Assembly: GCA_977862235.1 (NCBI GenBank) | Contig: OZ374559.1 | Coordinates: forward strand, 992,001-1,056,000 | DNA: 64,000 nucleotides | Origin: Dudresnaya verticillata | Lineage: Eukaryota | Direction of reading: 5' to 3' | Shown here: one piece after another, positions 1-13,351 of the stretch | How positions within the stretch are numbered: the first letter of the stretch is position 1 | Layout of the letters: every line of letters begins with the position of its first letter | The notes under the pieces: model-generated | Seen by the model: only the letters and a program-made list of their open reading frames with translations | What the model was told of the DNA's origin: nothing | Databases searched by the model: none | Made by a program: the position numbers and the translations under genes

Positions 1-2919
1 CACCATCCAAAAGGACGCTTATATTATTTGCTTCTTTCCCTTCCCCGGTGTAGCAGACCATATCGTGACCGCTACGATGCGGATCAGCGTACGCATCCGA
101 ATGGCGGAGGAAGTATTCTTGCGACTAATCAGGGCCCATAGAAACATGGCCCTGAGTTGCATTAGATTACCAACATCATTAGTACCAGTACGCTTTCAAC
201 AACTCCTGTCACATACCTGTTTCGTTCCCTCTCCGTCTCCCTTTCTCGAATTCAAAAGGTTCAGCAGTACATTTCAAGTACCACTTCCGCGAGAGAGACT
301 CATTTCAAAGATACTAGAGGTACCATCGGCATTCGTTGCTTTTCTCATCTTACATTTGTCCTCGTGAAGCGCGACGCTTATGATCCTTCCCTCTCGCCAA
401 CTTCGCAGGTTAGGGCTTTCAAGATGTATATGTCAGGTCTGGAGCCTACCTCGGCTCCCACACCTCGACCGCTTGCAAACTCGATCATGGCCATGCGACA
501 TCGTGATCATCTTCGCATAGATTTGAATATGAACTTAGATGACCGTGGTTTCACGACAACCTCACAAAGGTTTGACGTGCCTGAAATAAGCCCTCACTCT
601 TTAGAGAAGAGACACGGAAATAGTCTTTACGTGTCTCTTCCGGGTGCGAGTCTGGTCTTCCCCTCCTCTCTTGCGTGAGCACTCCAAGCGTTTTCACTAC
701 CGCCGATTCTGAATCAAGTTGGGAATTGAACTCCATACTATTGATTCTAGACATTTATGACCGCATTAGCACTTGGTTTCAGCTTGGTGGCTCAAAAAGT
801 TTATCGCTCAATTTCTTGCGGTGAAGACAGGATGTTCTCCCGCCACCGAACTACTCAAGCTCGCCACTCTTCTGGTGTCATTGGTCCTGAAGTGCGTCAC
901 AGGTAGTGTTAAGTGTCGTAAGCCCCTCCCTCCTTCCTAACTGCCCCTAGCCCCTAAGTTCCCTTTCGGAGCTACCCTTTCTTTTTTGCGTAAAGGTCTC
1001 CACTACCCCCCTCTTAGATAAAAATCGTAGATTCAGGACCTCTTTTCTCGTCTGGCTTCAAAGGGCACGAAACCCCACAAACTCTCGCAACGAGTAGCCA
1101 CTACACACAGCCCAGTGCACCGATACTTCCGATTCATATACACCCGCAGTCCTTTCCTATCTCAATATTTTCCTGCTCTCTTCTATCCCAAAAAGGACCA
1201 ATACTTTTTTGACTGTGTGTGGTTCTGCGCAACCTTGGAGAGCAAAAGCAAAATAAAAACTACTAGGGTAATGCAATAACTTGCTGTTCGTGGATATGGG
1301 GAGGGACGATGCCACAAACATGGGCTAAATTGTTGCCGAACTCAGCTCAGCTGGGAATAGCTGTATTGCAGCTTGTACAAGATATCTCTGCAGCACAATG
1401 CAATTTGAGAGAACTGCGGCTTTAAGATGAATGCCCCATTTTCGTTTGAAGCATACTTCCATGGCATCGCAACGACATGCCGAAAATGAAACTATCGGGG
1501 AATCCTGGTAATATCGAAAGAACAGTTTTGCTGCTAGTGACAAGAACAGCATTTTATTCTGCTTATGACTGGCCGTGTATGGCTGCAACGGAACAGTAAT
1601 AGAAACGGCACAAAGTACTGTTGCCGATGCTCTTCGCTAACGAAAAGAACTTGTGTGTACAGAAGTGTATATATTCTAGTCACATGGCTCAAGTGGCTTG
1701 GGGAGGCATTTGCAAAACAAGAAGTGGAACACCTTTCTCAAAGAATAACCTACAGACCATTGAGGGGGCTTAATATATACCATAACGTGCGCTGCGGTCA
1801 ACTAGCTTGAGGCGGTCTACTCGCCGTAGAGAGTTCATTTGTGTAAGGAGAGTCATCTTCTAGGCTCTTGGAGAAGTTTCTTTCGACAAAGCAAGAAGAG
1901 TGGGAAATATCTGCGCTCCACGGTCGAAACCAGTTTACAAATCAATCCCGTACCGAACTTGCACACCGTAATGAATTGAGTGGATCTGTGCGTTCGGAAG
2001 AGACGACTAATGCGCGGGAGTAAAGCACGTGCGCTGTTATTCTTTCTCATTCTGATTATACATGTGAGTACTCTCTACCAAGGTATTGATGATAGCTGCT
2101 TTCTTCAACAGTCTTGTGGTGTACACAGCAAATCAACAATGTCTCCCAATTCGTGCCAATATCGGGAATCCATTGCACTGTACCGTGAACGGAGCGGTGC
2201 CTTTTGTACAAAATATCTGTCTAACAGTATACAACGGAGTAAAAAATCCGGCTTTTCGATACCTATTTTGTATAGAGATCATAGCAACCGGGTGACTCGG
2301 TTGCCATAATCCCGATGACAAAATTTTACTTCCCTCATCAAAAGACCCGTACAAAGTTCTTAATGGAGGTGGTTAGGTGCTAGGAGGCGACGCCTGCAAT
2401 AACCTGTGCATTAGCCCATTAGCCTTCCCTCGATAAAATTCACCCAGGCCATCTCTCCCTCTCTATCTTTCTCTCTCGCTCTCTAGTGCTCAAAACACAA
2501 TCGTAAACACCTGTAACGTGACGTGGTCCGCGATTCCAGAACGGAATCATCTAATTCTGGCATTGAAAGAAGACCTCGCCGAGTTCGATACATTTTCACG
2601 AACACCACATCTTGTGGTCGTTGGCGTTCGCGATGATGCTCTTCCGAAAGCCCTCGACCTCACATTCAGTTAAGAAACGACAATTTGTCTTCATATTCGA
2701 CCCCATAACACTAAACAGTGAGACTCGACGTTACACCCATCAAGCAGTATAAATATCTTCCACTAGAGGCTCAGCAAGACTAGCAGCGCTCATCTCAGCT
2801 AGAATTACATCAGCATCATTCCGCAGTACCCACAAGAGAGACCGTTATTTAAGATCCCGAAAGCTCCAAACACCTTTCAATTCCTGGCATCGCTTGAAGG
2901 TAAGCTGTTCTACACCAGG

Positions 2920-4641
2920 ATGACGCTCCGAGACTGCATCAAGCCCCCAAAACTTATGCATGGGACTTATTCAAGTAACCACCGTCCATGCCGCAACAGG
3001 AGATTTCTGCCGCTACAGCGCCATACAATTGCAGTAGGTCTGCTTCTGTTAGCGACAAGCGTGGCTGCTGCCGATTTCTGCGACTTGCATCCTTTGGTCT
3101 CTGTAACAGAGCAACCTTGTCCTGGAAACAGGCAGTACCGGTTGATGATAAGCCTTCAGCGCAGCTTTGGGAATCCCTTTCACGCAATCCACGATATGCT
3201 CTGGGCATTATCGTACTACTTGGCAAATTGTCTCCCACCTGGAGAGAAGGAACTCATCATTAAACTCAAGGCATCAACGGAGAAAACCATTGCAGAATGC
3301 CAAGATTCTGAAGGGCTTCTCCCTGAACTCTCCCAGTACGGTAAACCCTGCTGGGAGATCTTTATGGTACATGCGATAGCAAAGAGCCACGGAGCGAAGG
3401 TGGTGGAAAGTAGGTACGTGGAAGGTTGCGTTGACAAGAACGTTAATTTCTGTACGAGCGTCACATTTGATCGAAACTACGATGTCGGCATGAAGGTGGA
3501 ATCAGGCTATGAGCGCAAAACGGTTCAACCCCATTTCAGAGAGGTGAAATGGTGGGGCCGTGGTTGCGTCGATCCCAAGAAAGATATAGTGTGCCGAAAC
3601 CCTGCAAGCCAAGATGACATTGAACCACAGCTTGCGAAAGACTTTAAGATCGATGCATTCCGGCGGTTACGGAAAGGTATGTGGGACTTTATGGGTATCC
3701 CAAAAGATCGTCCGGGTGGAAGAAGTGGTCCCGTGCGGGTTCTTTTGTACGATCGCAATGACACGGTCCGTCGCCAATGGGCAAGGTCGAATGACTTCTA
3801 TGAACGTGTCCGGAACGACAGTCGTATGACAATTAGGTACATGCACGTTACACCCAAGACTCCTGCGGAGCAGGTGAAGATTTACGCGTGGGCCGACTTA
3901 GTTCTTGGGCCTGCTGGTGCTGCCATGGCGAACACCATCTTCATGCGACCGAATTCGGAGATCATTGAGATCAACAAGAACTGTGGGCATCCCAAAGTTG
4001 TGCCTCACGAATGGACAGCGTGGCATTCCCCCCTGCTTGACTTAAGCTTCCAATTAGTGGAGTGCATACATCTTTCTCATGACCCTGCTCTAAAGAAAGG
4101 CCCGCGACTCATTCACACTGAGCAGGCTCTGGAAGCTCTCGAAGCAGCTTTAAAGAGGCTCGGAAACTGGATTGACATCCCTGAACAAGACATCATCCAA
4201 GGGAATAGACCAAATGAGCGCGTCCATGTTGCGCATAAAGTTGGTATTGATGAAAATGAACCTAAACTAGCGTCAGGACAGAAAGCTGTATCCGCTGGAT
4301 ACGTGCCAGAAATGGGCGGTGACGCTCAATACTTGTCAGGTTTGTCTCATGAAACCAAGTCGAAAGAATGGAAAGGAATGAGATCTCGCTATTCGGATAG
4401 GAAGAGGGATGAGAGATCTGACGAAAGTGTCTCAAAGCTGTATTCAGAGCTGAGTGGAGCAAAGGGTTTTGCGTTTGGCATGTGGCTGACCGCAGTTTTT
4501 ATGTATACCGTGGTTGCTCTGAGACGGACGAAAGCTGAGCAGAAGGAGAAGCATGGTCAATGTGATCAAAAGTATGCGGTATGGGGTTTTGGGAACTTCT
4601 CACTGCGGCGCAGGTTGCGGCATTCCAGTGAAAGATTCTAG
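2920..4641 (+). CDS. GT61/DUF563-like glycosyltransferase, membrane-anchored (573 aa)
   Basis: Intact ORF with NPFHAIHD, VLLYDRN..RR and EQVKIYAWADLVLGPAGAAMANTIFMRPNSEIIEI motifs typical of GT61. Hydrophobic segments near both termini. Paralog at 52001. Confidence 0.8.
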   Translation: MTLRDCIKPPKLMHGTYSSNHRPCRNRRFLPLQRHTIAVGLLLLATSVAAADFCDLHPLVSVTEQPCPGNRQYRLMISLQRSFGNPFHAIHDMLWALSYYLANCLPPGEKELIIKLKASTEKTIAECQDSEGLLPELSQYGKPCWEIFMVHAIAKSHGAKVVESRYVEGCVDKNVNFCTSVTFDRNYDVGMKVESGYERKTVQPHFREVKWWGRGCVDPKKDIVCRNPASQDDIEPQLAKDFKIDAFRRLRKGMWDFMGIPKDRPGGRSGPVRVLLYDRNDTVRRQWARSNDFYERVRNDSRMTIRYMHVTPKTPAEQVKIYAWADLVLGPAGAAMANTIFMRPNSEIIEINKNCGHPKVVPHEWTAWHSPLLDLSFQLVECIHLSHDPALKKGPRLIHTEQALEALEAALKRLGNWIDIPEQDIIQGNRPNERVHVAHKVGIDENEPKLASGQKAVSAGYVPEMGGDAQYLSGLSHETKSKEWKGMRSRYSDRKRDERSDESVSKLYSELSGAKGFAFGMWLTAVFMYTVVALRRTKAEQKEKHGQCDQKYAVWGFGNFSLRRRLRHSSERF

Positions 4642-6459
4642 TCAGAGAGAGAGAATCCTCATCAGTGACCGCATGTATAGATTCTTTTGAGTTTTGAAAG
4701 GTTAATATATACCATTGCACTGTAGCTCAGCACACGTACTGCAAGGCAAGAGGACAGACTAGAAAGAAAAGGATATGAGTACGTAAATTGTATCTGTGTA
4801 ACAGGGTTTTGTACAATTGCGTCGCCCTTAGCGCTAACCATTTTCTGCTTTTCTCATCTCCATTTGTTCCCAGAACTCCTTAGCCTTTTTTGACCAACCA
4901 GGTTGGCATAGTAATGTCCGGCTCTTCTGTCAATGTTAGGCACAGCAATTCGCAGAAACAAAAGCAGGCACAAATGGCTCAACAGTACGTCAAGATTTTC
5001 AATTCTGCTAGAGGAAAGTGTGCGGAGAAGGAAAGGAAAATACAGGAGTCACCACAGATGGTTTAGTCAGGAAGCTTCTCCATTGTTTGCGGATATATCT
5101 TTATGTCTTTGCGTACGGCCCGACTGCGCAGGTTATTGAATTGCCCATGTCGATATCTTTTCTATCGTGTAGGAATAGACACAAAAAAGGTAGTGTGAAC
5201 ATCTTCTTTCATGCCAAATTCCGTTAACGGTTGAATGGCAGCGATTACAACGCATTACTGGAAGGAAACAAGACTTGCTTCAGTTGAAACTGAATTCATT
5301 CCCGTGCCTATATCATGAACTTAAATCGTTTGAAGAGCAGATTATCCCCGTAACGAGGGGATTTCAGTTTGTACAGCGAGTTGCTCTTTAGAACGCTCGC
5401 AAAGACCATTTCCACGGTTCGCACAGGCCAATACAAACAGTAAGAATCGTATTCCCATTTGTTGTACGTCTAGAATAATGCTCTTATATGCTGTCAGGAT
5501 ATAAAATCCTGTGTCATCGCTCTGTATTATCAACGGATGCCAGCGCAACGGGCTCAACAGTATTTTTGCCGTTGGTATATGCAACTTACCCTCTCATGAC
5601 TACCAAGTACGATACATAACGATATCCTTCCCTCGTGACGGGACCAACAGCCTGTAAAGCCCAGGAAATATAAAGAAACGAGAGCAGAAGCCAAACATGT
5701 CTACTTTTCTCATTATGTACTAAGAATGTCCATATATGGGCGATACAGTTGGCGACCGGACGTGTATGAGTGGAATGGGGAGAGGGAAGAAATGTTTCGA
5801 GGGCTCCCTGTGTTGCAACTCGCTCGCTCTGTCAGACAGGCTGAGTAGTATCTAGTTTACTCCACTTGGACACAGCTGCGAGATTGGAAATTGTTTTGGG
5901 GATGTGCGGCACAGGGGCCACGCCTGTTTCGGTTTCGTGGAGAGAGACTTGCGCGTGCGTTTTGGGCAGTCTAAGTTCACCGAGATTGATGGACCTTTCT
6001 GAATCGTCGACGAGAGCGTCAGGTGAATTAATTAGGCGAGGGGCAACGCCTTCAGTGTAAGGCAGATCCTGAGAGTATCAAGAGTGGGTCATGAGGCTCT
6101 GAGTTGACGATATTTCTGGGTCCGGCTCACGATCGGCAACTGGTTTTCAGATAGGTTACATTTATCGAAACAACTAGTTCAGTGACATCAAGGAAAAGCA
6201 TGTTGTGTGACCTGGACTTAAATCATCTCAATATGGCGGGTGTTGACATGACGGGAAGGAATATGTGGTATTCTTCCACGTCCTCCTTCTAATTGAATCA
6301 TCACCTTCTGACACAAGACCCTGCTTTTATCGAGCACAGCCCCGGACGTACGGTTACAGAGCGGTGGTACTTCTATGTAAAGTTCCCCGCTCTCAGTGTT
6401 ATGGTGTCTGCGTATTGTGTGAACCTTTGTAGAATCAATGTAAGCGACGTCTGTATTTG

Positions 6460-6524
6460 CGGCGGTGATAAAGTTTACTCAACAAAGTTTAGAGCGATGA
6501 TAAAGTTTACTCAAAAAAGTTTAG
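6460..6524 (+). repeat. Two-copy ~31-bp tandem repeat
   Basis: GCGGTGATAAAGTTTACTCAACAAAGTTTAGA followed by GCGATGATAAAGTTTACTCAAAAAAGTTTAGG. Confidence 0.75.
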
Positions 6525-7615
6525 GGTGCACTTGTCTCGGCGTCAAAGGCCTATTGGCAAACACATTACGTATCTAGAGCTGGCCCTATCGATCTGTGGT
6601 GGGGTCGTCGGAGGATGTAGTATGTTGGAGGCCAGTGCGACGGATTTGTTCAATTGCTTGGCTTACGCGGGCGAGGGAGGTGGGAGTTGTGTTTGGGTGA
6701 GCCAGCAGGGTCAAGATGGGTCGTAGGCAGCGGACGCGGCGGGCGGCTGCGGGGTTGGAGTGCATGCAGTTTTCTCATATCGGAGCCGGAAGAGGTGATG
6801 ATAAACTTAACAGGACGGGATTTAGAGTGCGGCGGCTTCGGCTGCAAATGCCTCGAGGTACTCTCGGGAACGTGTCCCAAAGAGAACCCAACAAGAAAAA
6901 CGAGAGACAGCTCGGCCGGAGCTCGGATACCTCCGAACTACTGCTCCAGAAGCTGATCGCGCAAAAGAAGTACTGAGAAGCTTCAAAACGGGCAGACAGA
7001 CCACTGTTTTGAGAAGAGCCTCGGCACCGTTCCTCTCCGCATGTCCCGCCGGCTCCTCTACACATATGTCGCTTACCGTAACGATATACCGTCCTCAACA
7101 CCAGGAAGGAAGTAAGCCTTGGAGCATTGCAATGTGTGAATTGCCGGTTTGCGCGGTACGCAAGCAAGGGCTGGCCGCTGTGCCGGAGGCGCCGAGAACC
7201 CAGGCCAGGCCAGGCCGTGCGCCGAGTTTGTGCGACATGCCCTTGCGTCTCACCTAGGCCAGAAAGTGAGAGCTTTCGCCCTCTGCTTCGCGCAACGGCA
7301 GCTGCTCACAAATTGTTGCCCCGCTTGTTTCACACGTGGGCTTATCGGAGCTACAGCGCTGTTGGTTTCTAAACCCTCGCCACTTTGCAGATTCTTCACG
7401 GGGCTAGTGTAAGCGTGCGTGCTGCCTGTGCGTCCCTTGAAAGAGCGCTGGTGTTCCCACCGTTGTCGCAAGCACCTCGCAAAAGGTCCGTACAGGAAGC
7501 GACGGCAACAACTATCTAAACCGTCTGTACCGCAAACGTTTACGAACGAGAATGCTATTGCGACTTGCAGCTGCTCCACCGCACCTGCATGGCACGCGCC
7601 CCGCTCATCTACATA

Positions 7616-8126
7616 CAGTGAACCCCCGTTGTAAGCATCCTGCTCCATATGAATAACCGCGCTATATGCACACTGAACTATTCCACCACCAAAAACCCTG
7701 CGATTTTGAGCCATATAAGTATGCACCCTGCATACCCGCATAATGCATACAGATCCGAGGACAAACCTTAAGTTTTGATTAATATTTGGCCCGTTAGTAC
7801 GCCAAAATGCATAATTGCAAAACTTTGAACACTTCAACACACTCGCTTGTTTCACACAAGCTGTTCAACAGCGCAACTCAAACGGCGCTCAGGCTCGGTC
7901 CATCCTCGAAAAGAATGGTAGCCTCTGTGACGCTGGCCGAAAGGCTTTTTACAAGTGCCAACGCTCTCTAAGAGTGGAGAAGGTTGCTTTATGATGCAAA
8001 CAAGGATCTTAGACCACTTTTCGAGGAAATAGAGAAGTTGTTGTCTAGCCCTCGGCAATTGCATACCCCCATAAAAGCATAAAGAACCTTTCTCCCAACT
8101 AGCATGCTTACAACGGGGGTTCACTG
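7616..8126. mobile_element. MITE, Tc1/mariner-pogo type (511 bp)
   Basis: Perfect 23-bp TIR CAGTGAACCCCCGTTGTAAGCAT, TA on both sides. The paralog shows the empty site CTACATACTCGCTG near 55413. Confidence 0.95.
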
Positions 8127-8428
8127 TACTCGCTGCCAACACGCGCGGAACGATCTTTCGCGGCGAAGCTCAGATCTCCGCTCCCTTCGCCAGAACGCGC
8201 CGCAGCAACGGGGTCTTTCGGCAAATCGTTTCCGCCCAAGTCCAGTCCGTTGCGCTCCTGGAATGCTTCGCAGATCGACCAGGTGACCGTGACAGACGAG
8301 GGCGCTACAATCAAGCACGTACAAACGCTATGGGTGTGCCGCCGCGACGGCACATTACGGCAGCACTGCCGCTCCAGCGTCGCTTCCGTGTGGAAGCTAC
8401 GGACGCCTACGTGTACTGCACTGCGATC

Positions 8429-9787
8429 CTACGCGCAGTTTTCCTTCGCGGCTGCGACAAAGTCTGGGCCCATCGGTTCCATGAAAGTCGCGTCGGCCGT
8501 GTCATCGTCCGGAATAGTGCCCTCAGGCAGATCATTGAGCGTCGTCTCGGGGCCCCACAGCCAGTCAAGGCCTTTGGATACACGCACCATGGCGGCAAGC
8601 GTATCAGTGGGCTTCGGCGGCTCGACCATCTCGCCGCGACGTGCGCGCTCCCATAGGTCGCGGATGCGAGTCGCCATGCTGACAGCCATGGCAAGCGACA
8701 AATACGGCATGGCCAGGGCGGCGAGGTTGTGGTTGTCTGCTGTGCCGTCTTTGAACGGAGAGTCGAAGTTGAGAAACACTGCGTCCGCGCCAGCGCTGAA
8801 CTGACTACCCTCTTTCACACCGAGCAGCCGGTTAGGTGTGTCATTCCACGCGGCGAGGTGGATATACTCCGGGCCGTCCGGGTATCCACGAGCGGCGTTG
8901 CCGCACGTAAGAATCGTGCCGTATTGGAGCAGCCGCGTGCGGATCTGCTCGTTCGACTCACCGCCCTTGGGGCTCTCGTCGTAGTTCTGCTTGAGCGCGG
9001 CCAGCACCTCGACGGACAAGCGGTTGCATGCAACCAAGATGAAGGTGCGGGCGTCATCGTCTTTGGTATGGTCGAACATGGCACGGTACGAGCGCTTGAG
9101 CGGCGTGTCTATGGCGTTGATCAGGGACAGGGCGGTTAGCACTTCGTTGATAGCACGCGCCGGAAACGTCATTGTCCCGTCGCCAAACTCGATTTCGTAA
9201 TCAGCCATCCGCAGCACGGGCTGCAGCAGTCATAAGGAACCGCGCAAGATCGGGGCGGTCCTGGTATCGATGACGATGTCATCCTGGTCGAGCGAGGTGC
9301 CGAGATGGACCTGGGCCATAGAGGGCCCGCACAGGACGTCGACATAGTGCTGGACGCGCTGCGGAGAAGTGGTCTGCGTGCCTCGTACGGCTGGTGGCGC
9401 GTGTTGAGCCCGGGCGAGAAGTAGAGGAGCTCGCCAGCGGCGCCGTGCATACGGGGGTGGATGCGGAGCGAGGCCTCCGCGTAGGCGTGCGGGTCGGGCT
9501 GCGCGAGCGTGTGGGCCAGGGCCAGCGACGCGATGCGACTGCCCTGCATGGTGAGACGGCCCGCGTGGCCCTCTTCTTAGTTGCAGTGGGCGTCCGCGAC
9601 GTCCGGTTGCAGGCTCGGCTCGACCGAGGTGGACTCCAGGTTGGACGGCATGGCCCTCCGACGAGATGCGCTCGTACAGGCTCCGCAGCGCGCCGATCGT
9701 CAGCAGCAACCAGTTGGTGGCCCTGGGGGTTAACCCTGGCGGACGCGCCGCCTTCGCCGCGTACGCCTGCAGGTCGGGGTTGGGCAT
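8429..9787 (-). pseudogene. Alpha/beta-hydrolase-like pseudogene (paralog of 55744-57102)
   Basis: Split across frames (9230..9892, 9169..9549, 8429..9217) by indels, with internal TAA and TGA stops. The putative nucleophile motif AYSRS is changed to ACNRL. Confidence 0.85.
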
Positions 9788-9822
9788 GTTGTGCGCGATG
9801 AGATGGGAGGTCGGGAGGTGTA

Positions 9823-10177
9823 CAGTAGAATCCCGATAGCAGCAACCTATCGGGAGATGGGGTCCTGTTGCAATTAGCCGGAGGTTGCACAAGAGCGGGA
9901 GTTATCGTAACTTTCTTAGTACCTCATTGCGCTTTATTTATCGTGTACTGTACCTGCTGTACCATTGATAGCCGTACAGTACTGTATCGTACACGGTCAA
10001 TAGTGGTGAAAAGAGCTGTTTCGACGTTCGAGCATCGTCTTCGATGGTTGCAGCAAACGGGATTTGCAACAATCCTGTTTCTTAGTTACTTTTGGGGAGG
10101 AACCAAAACGGTGGATGGGGTTCGGTTGCAGCAAACGCGTGGTTGCGCTTATCCGGGCTGTTATCGGGATTCCACTG
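9823..10177. mobile_element. MITE, Tc1/mariner-pogo type (355 bp)
   Basis: 21-bp TIR CAGT(A/G)GAATCCCGATA(G/A)CAGC with 2 mismatches, TA-flanked. Absent at the paralogous site near 57137. Lies about 35 bp upstream of the pseudogene ATG. Confidence 0.93.
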
Positions 10178-10479
10178 TATAGTTGTTGAGTGAGACGGGG
10201 GCATGCGTGTAGCAGTATGGTATCGGCCAGGAACAGCAAAGAACAGAAAAAGACAGCTTTCCGGTATCACTCGCTAATGGGTGGTAGCTCGAAGGAGGTT
10301 TGTGTGGCACAACGGCGATATGCACCAAATGGGCGCTCGACGCTGTAAGTCGTAACGGGCCAATGCCCTGTAAGGCGCTGGCATTGCTGGACTGCGCCAT
10401 GATGCGACACGTGATTGGCGCCTGGCGCGAAATCATCTGCGCCTCAGACGCGCAATTGGCGCCTGGTCATTGGTGCGGC

Positions 10480-10835
10480 TGTGGTATAGAGGTTCCTGAT
10501 AAGCGACTAGCGCCCGGACCTCGGAGTCTTCGGTAAACGCTGTTTCTTCGAGTTCGGTGTCTTCGTCTTCGTGACTGCGGATACGGTCGAGCCTCGCTCT
10601 CGATAGCCTCGCGCACCCGGAGTTATCCCCGGTGATCGATCGCTCGAGTTCTCCCTTCCGCACACGAATACGTTGACACCGTGGTCCTTCGTGTTAGCCG
10701 CTCCGCTCTACCACGCTACCACCCCGTTTTCGTTTCTTCGTTAGGCTACAAGGCCATTCGCTAGGCTCCGAGGCCATTCTCTTACAGTGCGAGACTTCCC
10801 CGCGTCTCCGTGGACTTCGTTTTCGTTGTACCACA
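10480..10835 (+). repeat. Element 1 5' LTR (356 bp, internally deleted)
   Basis: Matches 18919-18929 joined to 19426-19770. Confidence 0.93.
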
Positions 10836-10836
10836 C

Positions 10837-10853
10837 TGGTCTCCGGACCTAGA
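10837..10853 (+). promoter_or_regulatory. Primer-binding site, element 1
   Basis: TGGTCTCCGGACCTAGA, 1 nt after the LTR; nearly identical to the PBS at 31368. Confidence 0.8.
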
Positions 10854-10978
10854 ACGTGGTCCCGAAGTTTCGCATTTATTCTTAATTCTTTTCTATCCGA
10901 GACACGATTTCTCACGCTCCAAGTCGTTCCGATTCGCCGGTACCGAAATCCGATGACGTACCGATTCCGGAGCTCTCG

Positions 10979-13351
10979 TTGTTCGACTCGAACGCAAGTG
11001 ACCGAGAACCGATTTCTCGCACTCGCGCTTCACGAATAACGGTACCCGATCTTCGCACAGACTCGCTTTCGCAGGCTTACGGTAGCCAGTCCGACCTTTC
11101 GTATACGTGCACTCCGTTGGAAATCGTTCCCTCGGATACCGTCGATCGACTCTTCTCGATTAAGGAAGTCTCCGGTTCCGAACTACGTTTACTCTACGAA
11201 GAGGTCATCGATGCGCTTTCTACCGCGTACCGTATCACGCAGTTGTCAATTCGTAATACGCACAATCGAGTTCACGAAGAGTTCAACAATCTCCGCGCTG
11301 GCAAGGTCCGTAGGATCGAAGACTCACTCGAGAGTCTCCGGGATCTCGTCCCGGGAGTCAGGAAATCGGTTTCTCGTGCTCGAGCGCAACGTATCCGCCC
11401 CGTGGGCAAGGGGAGTCCACTCGCTTCCCGTTCGCAGCTCGCACGCATTCTCCGAGGAACAGTTGAACGCTATTCGTGACATCGTGTCCGCAGCGTTACC
11501 GAAGTCTCGAAGTCGCGAAGATCATTCCGAAGCCCGTCCTGACCCCCGCAATTCGCCGCTAGTTCAACCCGTGCAAGGCCCGGGTGCCCAATCTACCTGA
11601 CCGAAATATCCGAATCCGTCCCCGCACCCCTTATCGCACCAGGCAACCGATGCCTCCGACAACCCCCGTATCAACCCCGCAGTATTCCGAGATTCGCTTC
11701 AACCAACGATGTCCCCGGAGGACCCGTAATCGAAAATCCGTTAGCGCTCGCGGGACCCGTGTCATCGTTCTGGCACTGGGGCCCGCTCGAGCCGGGCGTC
11801 GAACCGATACCGACGCTCATCCCCGAATTCGCGCGGGCCGTAAGCTATCGATCGTATCGACTCACGAATTCGTCACCTCGGGATAATCAACACGAAGTAT
11901 TCCGAGGCAACACGTCGAAAACCGTTTCACGCATGCGTTCGATGATGCCGAGACTCGAGAAGTTTACGGGACGCGACCCGATTAAAGTTCTCGCATTTCT
12001 TCGTGATACTCGACAAACGCTGAACGGAGTCGGGCTCACCGAAGGAGCAGCAGTTCGTACGATTTCGTGGTTTCTCGATGAGACCGCGCTCAAGGTGTAT
12101 CAACACTATGCCTTCGGAGGCGTTCGTACGGGCAACCCGGTTTGCTGGTCCGCGATCGTGAACGTGTTACTACAGCGATTTCTCACGGAAGACGTAATCG
12201 CAGACGCACACGATCGCGTGATAACCACGAAGCAGAAGTCCGATGAAACCGAGATGGAGTTCGCGACTCGTTTGCAAGGCTACGCAGATGTCTGCTCCGG
12301 TGTCTACGATGACTCTTCGTTAACGCACCAGTTTATTCGTGGATTACTACCTACTACGTATCCTATCGTGGCCGACCAGGTACGACGCCTACCGCTGTCC
12401 GAGCAGAAGAATTTTATGAGCGTGCAACGAATCGTGCAAGCCGAAGGCACGACATTCCGAGCTCGCGAACTACGTGACACCGCGGCCCAACAGTCGCGTG
12501 ATTCGAAGAACCGAGTGTCTCCTACGTACCCGAAGAGTCGCCAAGCGCCCGGACGCACGATGCTTATCGAAGCTTGCGACACCCCCGGGAGTGAATACGA
12601 GTACCCGATGAACGAAGACCCGCAAATGGCCGTGATGATGATTCGTTCAGGAACCGGGTCCACATCCGCTACACCGACTACTTCGACAACGGTCTCCGTG
12701 TACAATACGTTAGATCTCACGAGTCGCATCGAGCGTTTCGTACCCGCGCGTGTCCCCCCGATGACCCCGGAGCAAATCGAGATGGCGCGTTCGATGATAC
12801 CGAAGAATCAAGATGCGTGGCCGTGTTGGTTCGGTCGCGAAATCGGTCACCTCATGTATTCGTGTCCGTATCTCACGAAGGAGCAACAACTCTACTGCGC
12901 GTATCAGAACTATCTCTATCAACTCGAGACGAGACCGTATACGCGTAATAACTTCGTGAATCGCGGCGCATCAAGAGGGAATTCGTTCGCGTCCGTTGAC
13001 AATCGAGTTCACCGTGGACAAGACTCCCGAGGATCACGTGACAATCGCGTAAACCGAGATCTTCGTCAAGGTGATACGCGCTATCCGAGGGACCGAGCCC
13101 AGCGTCAAGTCAGCTTCGAGCGTCGAGGACCGCCGACCGTCCTCCGCAATCCGAGACACGCGCAGGCCCCGGGCCGTCAACCGGTTCTCGCAGTCCGTGA
13201 AAACGTTGACGCGATTGAGCCGAGTCACCCGAACCTGCCCTCGGAGGCTTACGAAGACTTCGCGAACAACGGAAGAGGTGATCGATCAACCTCCCCATTG
13301 GACGCGGACGCTCGAAATTCGGATTCTAGTTCGAGTTCGGAAAACGAGTAA
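10979..13351 (+). pseudogene. gag: Element 1 gag (N-terminal frameshifts)
   Basis: Core ORF 11759..13351. The upstream part shifts frames relative to the homolog at 23131..24066. Degenerate zinc knuckle CWFGREIGHLMYSC. Confidence 0.8.

Larger units (their letters stand above)
2620..10201 (+). repeat. Segmental duplication, copy 1 (GT61 gene + hydrolase gene)
   Basis: Colinear with about 51673-57160, from GTTGGxGTTCGxGATGATGCTCTTCCGAAAGCCC to GACGGGGG upstream of the hydrolase. Interrupted by copy-specific sequence (about 5375-7387) and MITEs. Ends are approximate. Confidence 0.9.

Noticed and set aside
1..2600. Possible decayed TE or gene remnants
   Set aside because: Only short ORFs; no motifs, termini or TSD I can support.
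5375..7387. Copy-1-specific sequence as a TE or gene
   Set aside because: No terminal repeats or recognisable coding motifs found.
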